Under the pieces are notes generated by a model that did not search any database, was not told the origin of the DNA, and worked only from the letters and a program-made list of their open reading frames with translations. Below are positions 40,356 through 50,100 of a stretch of 64,000 nucleotides of DNA, piece after piece (position 1 is the first letter of the stretch; the number at the start of each line of letters is the position of its first letter). The DNA is taken from IMG/VR virus record IMGVR_UViG_3300001450_010303, positions 41,275-105,274 of that record; one strand, written 5' to 3'. Position numbers and translations under genes: made by a program. Source of the DNA: a virus.

Positions 40356-41891
40356 ATGGCTAAATTTCTTAATAAAAAAGAACAAGTAATAGATTTCCAA
40401 TTAACCCCATACGGAAACTATCTGTTATCTACCGGTGTGTTCAAACCAGCTTATTATGCTTTCTATGATTCAAACATCTTGTATGATAAAAGATACGCGC
40501 GCGGAACATATTGTAAATCCGCATCATGTGGCGCGCAGGAGATCACAGAGGTAAAATTTATTAACGATACAAAAGCATACTATTCGCCGATGACGACAGA
40601 TGCGTTCGGAAACAAAGTGCCTACTGAATATCTAACCATATACAACGGGACAACTCCATATAATTTTTGGTTCAAAACAATCAACACCGACCGAGAACCC
40701 GGTACCGGTGTAGTGGGCACAAAACCTATGATCGATCTAATGTTAGGAACTTTTCCAGACAAAGAGGCTATAGCAAAAGCGTTCTGGAGCCAGATTCACA
40801 ACGGACCTTGGCCATTTACTGCGACGTATGCTGCTGGTCAAGAAGATGTATATGTTACCGCTATAGCCAAAGGTCCATCAACTGATGTATCTCAGACAAT
40901 GTCGGCAAACGTCCTCACGGGATCGGTGTATCTCCAGGGAACTGCTCTAGAATCATTTCGGGCCATTTCAGATGTCCCAGTGGAAAATCAAAATGATATA
41001 CATGAACGAATAAAGAGCGGCACTCAATATTTTGAGGGACTCACAACATTCTCAGATTTAGAGAGCAACTCTATGAGAAAAAAAGACGGCCTCCCTTTGA
41101 CAGCCACACCCGCCGAGGCAACAGAATTACAGTTCGAATATGACTTGACAGCCATCAGAGAACGACCAGAAAAAGATATTTTTAAGTTTGATTCGGCCAT
41201 CGGAGACGCGATGTTCGATAGTAATAAAAAACAACATGCACCAGCGTGGAAAATAGTAACTCTATCGGGGCACATATCTGGTTCATCCATTAAAGATATA
41301 AAAAACCAACAACTTATTCCACAAATCGATATGGATATGATATACTCTAAGGAAATAAAGAACTCTACGTTTATGTTTCAAAGCGATACCATAGCGGATA
41401 CTATCGATAGTACTTCGATAACAAAAGAATTTTCGGATGGATATAAAATCATGTTAAACTCGGAAGACATAGTAATATACACGGAAGAACAAAACACTTC
41501 ATTACTAACAGAAAATTTTGATATAGAAGTATATGAAATTCTTGCGGGAGCACACGACTCCCATGGAGACTTAGAAAGAGGCTCAGAAAGACTTATAAGA
41601 AGGTTTTTTCAAGGACAAAGCCCACAAATTATTGATGGCATGATGGTGAGAGAAACTATTAATGATTCTCTCACATCTAATCGAGGCTACGCTACTTCGA
41701 GTGTAGAATACTATTTTGACTTATATACTGATACTAACGTCAATAAGAAAATAGCATGCCAGGGAGCAGACATTTTCAACAAAGAATCATATTATGTTGA
41801 TATTGATTTTGATTGTGAAAACAGACAATCAGAAGATATATATTTTGATATATATGGTCGCGCAACGGATCCAGAAATATGTCAGACCTAA
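40356..41891 (+). CDS. Putative tail structural protein
   Basis: N-terminus (VIDFQLTPYG..LL..G.F....AF.D..I.Y) is related to the ORFs at 51634 and 52723. Confidence 0.5.
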   Translation: MAKFLNKKEQVIDFQLTPYGNYLLSTGVFKPAYYAFYDSNILYDKRYARGTYCKSASCGAQEITEVKFINDTKAYYSPMTTDAFGNKVPTEYLTIYNGTTPYNFWFKTINTDREPGTGVVGTKPMIDLMLGTFPDKEAIAKAFWSQIHNGPWPFTATYAAGQEDVYVTAIAKGPSTDVSQTMSANVLTGSVYLQGTALESFRAISDVPVENQNDIHERIKSGTQYFEGLTTFSDLESNSMRKKDGLPLTATPAEATELQFEYDLTAIRERPEKDIFKFDSAIGDAMFDSNKKQHAPAWKIVTLSGHISGSSIKDIKNQQLIPQIDMDMIYSKEIKNSTFMFQSDTIADTIDSTSITKEFSDGYKIMLNSEDIVIYTEEQNTSLLTENFDIEVYEILAGAHDSHGDLERGSERLIRRFFQGQSPQIIDGMMVRETINDSLTSNRGYATSSVEYYFDLYTDTNVNKKIACQGADIFNKESYYVDIDFDCENRQSEDIYFDIYGRATDPEICQT

Positions 41892-44800
41892 CTGTTGATA
41901 CAAAAAGAACTTTTGGCAAATACTTGCCGACGGCCACTATTAATGGCGTCGTTATCGATGAACATATAAACGATAAAATGTCAACGGTAGAGATATCGGT
42001 AGATGTTAATCTTACAATAGACAAAGATATAAAAAACTATCAAAAAGCGGTGGCTGCTAATTATGATGACCTGTACCTTTATATTATATTTTGTAAAAAC
42101 CATAGCATAAATTCTATGATTTATTCAAGTAACTTAGATCTAAGAGATATTTTTAAATTTAACCGGACAATAGCTACTACTATATCTGTAGAAGGATTAA
42201 TAGAGGCAATTCTACTGGGCACCGGGTATTCTGCCACCGAAGAAGAAGCCCTAGAAACTTTCCAGATAAATATTAAAAAAGTAAGCCTTAAAGATTTAAA
42301 AAACAAAATAGTAGAAGAGGGCTTGTATGATATAAATGGGGATCGTATATTAAAAATTTCAAATATTAAAATGAAGACAAATTTTATAGATGAGATCATG
42401 ACCAGCGCCCAATCTGCCATGGCCATCGCGTTTGTTGGCCGAGACGAAAAACAACTAAGGAGATTACCAGAACCAGTATATAAGAGAAACTTTGGAGATC
42501 TATCCTATGAGGTATCTCTATCTTATAATAAGGTGCCAGACACCACAGAAAATATATATGTTGATATTAATAACAATCAATATAGTGGCACTCCAATACA
42601 AACGGTCGGTGGAATGTATCATGTCCCAGAGCCGATATCACATGCCGAGATAGTTGATATGACTAATCAATTAATGTCTTCATATGCTAGTATCGGAGAA
42701 ACAAGCGCTGTGTTATCGGCAGCATTCACAAACTTGTCTTACATTTTGGCGACACAAGAAAATAGTGAAAAGTTGTTGTTAAAAATGAATCTGTTTCGTA
42801 AGGGATATCCCGATAAATCAAACTCCACCGTCGCTGGAAGGTTTTATGATCTGTTCAAAAGAAAGCTATTTCAATGGAACAGAAGCCTCCTCAATCAGCC
42901 GCGCCTTTATAAAAGATTAATTATAAATAGCAAAACAATCGATCTACGCGGTAGAGATATGGAGATATACTCCTTATATATACCGGAATATGCCACCGGT
43001 ATGTCATATGATAGCGATTATTATATAAATAACAACATGATCAATATTAATAGAACCACTCAGCTGACCATTCCTCTTGAGGGCGCAGTATCAGATTACG
43101 TTCAATTTGTGGCTGAAGAGGGTGCGATAAATAGCCAGGCATTGTGGAACAAAACATATGACCAAAACTTCGCGAATTCCTTAGATGAAACCTACATGGC
43201 TTCTGGATATGACACCAGCGCCGGTGGAGTAGTGCCAAATCAGATTGTTCCGCTCACCGACACCGACACAGTAGTTAAAAATAAGGGATTATTCTTCTTT
43301 GATTTAGAACGCGCCCTCCACACTAAGAGTGAAATATCTAAAGTATTTAGAATTCATTATCTACAGAGATTCTTAGGTCTGCAAATACCATATAAGTTGT
43401 TTAGCGTTAGCCGAGCTTCCATCGAAAGAACGGAACAAACTTTTACGACTCAAAATGAAGAAGAGGGCGACTGGCATGGTGGCTTCCTCATCTTCGAAGC
43501 CGCTGAAATGGGCGCACCGGTCACGTACAACGAAAATCAAGTGACAATGAAGATGAATGCAACATTCTATGCTAACAGCGATTACCCCAAGCAATGGAGT
43601 AGCGACTGGTCCTTGGATTCTCCTTCGCTTAATTCTTATATGGCGTATGGATATCCATATATATACAAATATGTTTTTGGTGGCGTCGACGATTACGATA
43701 GCCACAACTCACCAAATATGAACTTTTCGGCCGCTGAAGAGTGGGCATCCAGTGTGGGGTCTGGCACCATGGTGTCGCCGTACTCTTCATCCCCGCCGGA
43801 CTCTACGGTGACGCTGGGCGATGAGGCGGTGTTCTCGCCCGGCTCCACGCCCGAAGCACTTGCTGAGGCCCGGGCCGATGCCATGATGAATGTGAATAGC
43901 TATAATGGAACCTTGCAAGTTCCGTATGACGTAACTGAATATGTGGCGACGGCCAACGAAGCCACCACCGAAGCAAAGGCATTATCCTACTTAAAATTTA
44001 AAAACTTTGATTTACCATTCAATGATCCTTCTAAAAGATTAGATGGCTATAATGGTCCCGTAGTAAGAAACGGATATCGTCTTATGTGTTTTGAGTTTCA
44101 AGACTTTATGGATGATGACGTAGCATATTATAACACTATAGGAACACACCATGGTGATCGAGAGAACTATTGGACAGATTACAGATTCGAAGTCGATACA
44201 CTTGATAATACATATAAAATTTATAATGTGGTGAAAAAGCTGCTAGAGAGAGAATATGGGATGTTCATGGAATATTATTTAAAGGCGATAGAAGCTTGTA
44301 GTTATAATAATATAGAAGGAGTGTTTAATGAATTCTTTATAAGTGCAATGACTGAACTTGAAGCCTCTGGTGCTTTGGTTTCATGGTACCGTGCTCCATT
44401 CGTATACAATTCGGCCCTGGCAGTACTAACAAATAAATATGATGGCATTTTATCCATGTCCGATAAAATCAACAAAATCCACGAAGATTCACAATATTTA
44501 GCCGGCCGCCTTTCGCCAATGTCCGGAAATATGAGAGAAATAAACTCCTTCAAAGAAAAGTTCGAACACCTTTTGGGAATGTTTAATAGCTCCTTAGTCC
44601 CGCTTGAAAACCGCGGCCCCAACGCAGGAGCCGTGTATGATTTGTTTGTTGATGTTATGGGAACAGAACCTACAAACTATAAGAATGTGCGCCAACGATA
44701 CCACCGGAATCGAGACATAACAGAAGATATATATGGAAACTTGTATCTTAGTGCATGGCTGAAAGACGATATTCAGCCAGGCCAGGTCTCTGGCCTTGTA

Positions 44801-45436
44801 GAAGATACAACTACGATGCCGGCCGAGTTTGTCGCCGCCGCCGAAGCAGCAGAATTAAGAAGAAACAGCGGCGTGGATCTTTCCATATGGTTTAACCGCG
44901 GCACGTCCGCGGAGATCGTCAGGATCTCAGCCGGCCGCCTTGATGCGCTTGAGGGCGTCTGGAGAGGTGACTCTGGTGAGTACGAGCCGGGCCAGACCCT
45001 CTATACACTCACCGAAATGTACGCAGACGGCGACAGCTCTAGCAGTCTTAACTGTTATCTCCCACCCGGCGACTATACAATATGGTTTCTTAAGGAAGAT
45101 CTTACCGTCCGCGGGATAGTCATATACAATGTGAGTGAAGATCACACAGGCATTAACCGTCACGGAACCGGCCGCGGCGCCTGCACACTCAGCTGGCCAT
45201 GGTCGACGAATATGTGCGGTGGGTACGGCGAACACTACGTGAGATTCACTCAAATGCACGATCCCAACAGCTACGTCGGCGACGGATTCGAGTACTTCGC
45301 CGATTTTGTAGAACTGGAACCTATGGACGCTCTCATTCCGACGATGATCTTTATCGACTCCAGTCCCGGCGATGCCTGGAACTGGTACCCGTGTAATTAC
45401 TGGGCCGCCCAACCGCTCTACTCTTATCCAACATAA
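41879..45436 (+). CDS. 1185-aa putative virion protein with GC-rich C-terminal module
   Basis: Long ORF in the structural block; composition shifts near the 3' end. Confidence 0.5.
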   Translation: MSDLTVDTKRTFGKYLPTATINGVVIDEHINDKMSTVEISVDVNLTIDKDIKNYQKAVAANYDDLYLYIIFCKNHSINSMIYSSNLDLRDIFKFNRTIATTISVEGLIEAILLGTGYSATEEEALETFQINIKKVSLKDLKNKIVEEGLYDINGDRILKISNIKMKTNFIDEIMTSAQSAMAIAFVGRDEKQLRRLPEPVYKRNFGDLSYEVSLSYNKVPDTTENIYVDINNNQYSGTPIQTVGGMYHVPEPISHAEIVDMTNQLMSSYASIGETSAVLSAAFTNLSYILATQENSEKLLLKMNLFRKGYPDKSNSTVAGRFYDLFKRKLFQWNRSLLNQPRLYKRLIINSKTIDLRGRDMEIYSLYIPEYATGMSYDSDYYINNNMININRTTQLTIPLEGAVSDYVQFVAEEGAINSQALWNKTYDQNFANSLDETYMASGYDTSAGGVVPNQIVPLTDTDTVVKNKGLFFFDLERALHTKSEISKVFRIHYLQRFLGLQIPYKLFSVSRASIERTEQTFTTQNEEEGDWHGGFLIFEAAEMGAPVTYNENQVTMKMNATFYANSDYPKQWSSDWSLDSPSLNSYMAYGYPYIYKYVFGGVDDYDSHNSPNMNFSAAEEWASSVGSGTMVSPYSSSPPDSTVTLGDEAVFSPGSTPEALAEARADAMMNVNSYNGTLQVPYDVTEYVATANEATTEAKALSYLKFKNFDLPFNDPSKRLDGYNGPVVRNGYRLMCFEFQDFMDDDVAYYNTIGTHHGDRENYWTDYRFEVDTLDNTYKIYNVVKKLLEREYGMFMEYYLKAIEACSYNNIEGVFNEFFISAMTELEASGALVSWYRAPFVYNSALAVLTNKYDGILSMSDKINKIHEDSQYLAGRLSPMSGNMREINSFKEKFEHLLGMFNSSLVPLENRGPNAGAVYDLFVDVMGTEPTNYKNVRQRYHRNRDITEDIYGNLYLSAWLKDDIQPGQVSGLVEDTTTMPAEFVAAAEAAELRRNSGVDLSIWFNRGTSAEIVRISAGRLDALEGVWRGDSGEYEPGQTLYTLTEMYADGDSSSSLNCYLPPGDYTIWFLKEDLTVRGIVIYNVSEDHTGINRHGTGRGACTLSWPWSTNMCGGYGEHYVRFTQMHDPNSYVGDGFEYFADFVELEPMDALIPTMIFIDSSPGDAWNWYPCNYWAAQPLYSYPT

Positions 45437-45484
45437 GAATATATGATATTAGATACAGATACTATTTAGTTATAGGTATAAAGA

Positions 45485-46066
45485 ATGAAAAAAAATAAGA
45501 AATTACCAGAGATAGGAAGCTTAGAAGAAGACAGAGAGCATATGTTTATGTCGGACTTCAAATTTTCAAATAAGAAAATTCAAAATATTGGGTTAGCTCC
45601 AATGACAACAAAAATTCAAAAAGGCCTCGACATCCTGGAACAACAAGGAATTCTTCCCAAAGAAGAATTCAAAAGAAATCCAAACGATATAGCGGAAAGA
45701 TTCTTATTCGGAATCAATTGTGTCCTATCAGACGAAGATGTGGGATTCTCACTATTAGATTCCCAAACCGATCAAGAAGAAATACAAAATGTTAATATCT
45801 TCGACGCCCGAGAATTCTCAAATCTAAAAGCAAGCTATATAAAGACACCTGACAAATTTCAAGATGAATGTGATCCGTTTTATAATTTAGACGAGAGAAT
45901 GCCAGAGAACATCAGAAGAATGAAAAAGATGCGAAAAGAAAAAAGGAAGCCATACTTGTTAAAAGTAGCCTCTCAAGCTTCACAAATAAATTTGAAGAAG
46001 ACGAGAAACAAGAAAATAAGATATTTTAAAGACATAAGAAAACTTAGAAAAGCAGGAGAGTTTTAA
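45485..46066 (+). CDS. Hypothetical protein (basic termini)
   Basis: 193-aa ORF preceded by the ACTATTTA motif. Confidence 0.55.
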   Translation: MKKNKKLPEIGSLEEDREHMFMSDFKFSNKKIQNIGLAPMTTKIQKGLDILEQQGILPKEEFKRNPNDIAERFLFGINCVLSDEDVGFSLLDSQTDQEEIQNVNIFDAREFSNLKASYIKTPDKFQDECDPFYNLDERMPENIRRMKKMRKEKRKPYLLKVASQASQINLKKTRNKKIRYFKDIRKLRKAGEF

Positions 46067-47118
46067 TGGCGGACTACGGCGATATGTCACCCTCCACCCT
46101 TCCATGGGTTGGACTCTCAGAAGACGCAACAGATTACACCCCACCGATCTCTGTGGTGTTGGGTGACTCAATATTTGCCGATCTACCAGACGGCCACCAG
46201 CTTATGAGAAACAAAGCCTACTATTCATTGCCAGATGTGGATATACATGGGTTTTTTAGTTCGCTTTCAACATTTGGGATCATCAGGAAGGATACAGTAT
46301 ATTCTGTGCCTGACATCGCTGGCAAGGACGACAGAAGAGAAACTGAACCAGGAATGGACTATATATATGGCGAGGAACCAATTGTCTATAAAGAAGCAAC
46401 ATTCGTTTCTTCTAACGAATCTGAGGGCTGGGATGACTTTAAAAATTATATTGGTAATGCCTATATAGATTCTCCATTTACTTGTTTTCGAGAAATAGAA
46501 AGGTATATGAATTGGTTTGATTACGATGACGAAGAATTAGAATTTGGTTTTACTTGGAAAGACAAAAGCGCTGAGTGGAAACAATCAAATCAGCTGCGTT
46601 CGATCAATAAGCCAATAATCCACCCAAGCGGCGTAGAAATGAATTATATCAAAGCTGAAGCTCCATATATATATATTACTTCTGACAGATATACCGAGTC
46701 CGCGGTCTGGGCCGATCCATCTGATGGGTTCTCAGCCGAGATTTCAGAGGGATATAATCTATCGTCGCAAGTTACATACCCATCGTGGATGACGAATGAT
46801 CTAGTAAAGAGGTATAAATCAATTAATGCGGTTATGTCTAATATGAGTAGTTATATAGATGCACAAACACAATATTTAATGAATACGGGTTATCGAACTG
46901 TTCTTAAGAGACAGCTGGCATCACGAGCACAAACAGTCACACGATTTATGAATAAGGAGTTCACAACGATGGCCGGCGGTAGTACTATATCGACGCAAGC
47001 CTCTGCTCAAGCGTTAGTACCAGGCGCTACCGCCCTCCCCACAACACCTACGACCCTGGAACCATCGACAATCACACCCATCGAAGACCCGCTCGGACCG
47101 GCCACCGGAGACTACTAA
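46066..47118 (+). CDS. Hypothetical protein with Pro/Thr-rich C-terminal tail
   Basis: AGGAG SD; TAATG coupling. Confidence 0.55.
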   Translation: MADYGDMSPSTLPWVGLSEDATDYTPPISVVLGDSIFADLPDGHQLMRNKAYYSLPDVDIHGFFSSLSTFGIIRKDTVYSVPDIAGKDDRRETEPGMDYIYGEEPIVYKEATFVSSNESEGWDDFKNYIGNAYIDSPFTCFREIERYMNWFDYDDEELEFGFTWKDKSAEWKQSNQLRSINKPIIHPSGVEMNYIKAEAPYIYITSDRYTESAVWADPSDGFSAEISEGYNLSSQVTYPSWMTNDLVKRYKSINAVMSNMSSYIDAQTQYLMNTGYRTVLKRQLASRAQTVTRFMNKEFTTMAGGSTISTQASAQALVPGATALPTTPTTLEPSTITPIEDPLGPATGDY

Positions 47119-47119
47119 T

Positions 47120-50100
47120 ATGCCTGACCCCGAACTTTTCTTTCCGGCAGGCTCGGTTGCCCCGTCCGGACCACCACTGTACTCAACAGCGTATGAAATA
47201 GACGATTCGCATGTATATACTTTTGTTGGACATGGCAATGTGGAGGGCGACGGAAACTATTTAAGAGAAGAAATAGGGAATATTTGGTCTATCATCGACG
47301 GGAAAGAAGAAAACCAGTCACTCAACACTCGGGCACTTCCGTTATATAAGACTGAAAACTTAAACGGTATTGAAGTATTTCGTGCCAATAGTCGTTCAAG
47401 ATATATTAAAGCGGTGGAGATTAATCCTTGTACGGTTAGAGTTTTGGAACCCACGCTAGCGGTACCAAATTATTTAATACCCGTTAGATTGTATTCCGAA
47501 CTAAACTTACCTGGCGGCGACCTATTTTGGAATACTTTATTTAGAGGAGGCCAAATCGGAGAGGGCAATTATACATCTCTGCTTCCTTCTGATGCTGTTT
47601 ATTACAACACAATGTTTAAATATTCAATTCCATACACGATTCTGGAAATGAAAAAAACTGGGATAAGTTCAACCACCGCAGAACCAACAAATGTAGGATA
47701 TGAATATAATGCATATCTTCACAGATATGAATCATCAGTAAGCAATAAAAAATCAGAACTTCTTATTCCAAATTATTATATGTTTAAATACATAAAAGGG
47801 GCCAATGCTTCATATAAACAATATGCCACGTTAGAAAAAAAGGTTAGCTTAGATATTTTAAGAAATGATTTATTTAAAAACAGAACTCGTTCATTCTCTT
47901 ATTTAGAAAAAGATTTTTCAGGCTATAGTTTTTCTCCCACACTCGAAGATGAAGTTACTAATTCACAGAAAAACATACTGTTCGATGATAAATACTATGA
48001 GAAAGAAAGGTATGACACAACTCAGCCAATGCCACAGAACCTATTCCCATACGGAGTTAGAATCTCTATGCCGAATGATTCTGGAATAATAGAGAAAACT
48101 TCCAAGAGTAAGTATCGTATTAGAGATTCTATAATGAAGAACGATTTTTCGTCAAAGTTTTTGGAAATATTAAAAGATGTATATGACGAGAGTTTCCCGG
48201 ATATAGCTCCGGGCTACTTAGAATATACTGTACAAAAATCCTCATTAGCTAAATCATCGACGCCACGTACGGGCCCACAGAAGGTTGAGACCAACACAGT
48301 TAATAAGACACCTTATAAAACAATAGATTTTCTGGAGTTTTTAACACTTATATATAACAACTATTCTGCGTCTCTCAATGACGATTATTCCTTTGTGGGA
48401 AACGCCCGGGCTGCAGCCGCCGAAAGAAGCACGACATACTCGGCCACCGGATTTGACAGATATTTCAACAATAAGAATGTGATGGCAGTTCTAAATGATA
48501 CAATCAAATATTCTAAAACCATTCTAAATGCAGATGATCTAAAATACATGAACTTACAAAATGTGATTAATATACAGGAGAATCCTGTAGAGACTTTAGC
48601 TTATAGAATTGAAAAAGTCGCCGGCCAACAATCGGAGAATTCAACAAATAAAACAGTTCTACAAAACTTCTGGATGTTCAATTCTTCCCATATGAAAAAC
48701 TTGGATTTATTTGACACTCAGGTCAAATATGGCGAGAAATACACATACAATTGTTATGCATATGTTGTGGTTCCCTCCTATAGATATAAATATACGAATC
48801 TGAGGCTAACTAAACAAATAGCTAGAATAGATACAGATGGCGATGGAATCCCGGATCAATACTGCATGCAGTTTTATGATCCAGCAACAAATAACTACGC
48901 AGAACAACTATTCTATGATGGTGCGGGGATGGTTTCATCCGCGCCTGGTTCATCGATTGGGGCTGTAGATTTTGAATCCGGTCCAACTGGAATGATAACT
49001 TCACCCGAGTCTGCAATGCCAGTTAGTGATGGTGAGGGGGTCGACCCGTGGCCTCCGACCACGGTTGAACCGATGAGCTACCAGGGCCAAGACAAAGACG
49101 AAGAAAAAAAGAGGAAGCTAGAAGATACTCTTCAGGGTTCCTCCGATGGCCTGGGCGGCGGAGGCCACCATGCCGGCAGCGGACAGAATTGGAACCACGG
49201 AAGTTCGGGCGATCCGACTCATGATAACCCCCCCGCCGGCGGCCCGGGCTATGTTGAGGGCGCCGGAGGCGGCTATGCCAGTCCCACCACCGGGTGGCGG
49301 TTCGGCGCGATGGAGGATGAGGAAGGAGAAAGCATCGGCGGCGAAGGCATGGATGCAGATGTATTCGCAGAGTTAATGGATGTCATCAATAATCTCAATA
49401 CGGGGCTGAGTTCGGAAGACTTCGCCTCCTTTATGCAAGGCGCGACCTTTGGCGGCGGCGGCGGCGACGAAGATGGCCCGGGCCACGATTCAGGCGGCTC
49501 CGGCGACGGCGGCGGCAGCGAAAGCGAGTGGTACGAAGCCCCCGGGGCCGATGAAAACCTCGACGGCGTTCCAGATGACGAGCAAACACCTGCGCCGTAC
49601 GTCCGCAAGAACACCGGCGCCACATGGGGCATCGGCATCGCCGGCCTCCCGGGCAGCCACTTCAACGATGCGGCCACTTCAACGAGCGTCCCCTATAGTT
49701 TTACAGTTCCTGGTACCAACTGGACAGTCCCCGGCAATGGCGTCGCCGCCGTAGTCAAGGGGTCTTGGTTGAAAGCCGGAGACTGGACCGACGCCGACCA
49801 GGCCGCATACGATAAACGTTGGTGGGCTGCCCGGCAGGCCAATACCCCCGGCAACAAAGTCGAAGTAGCAAGTCCTTTCACGCAAGGAGGAGAATCCGGT
49901 GGCGGCTCAAGAAGCATTGTTAGAAGCACAACCACTCGACCAATAAGAGACCCGTATGGTAGCAGCCCTTACTCTAACGTCCAAGCCATGTCCAGTACTG
50001 GATATTCAGCCCCCGCGGGCACTACCGGCGGTAGCCCATATCCAGGGTCATCCATGCCCGGCGGCGGCCCCGCATTCTATGAGACCCCGGGCGCACCTCC

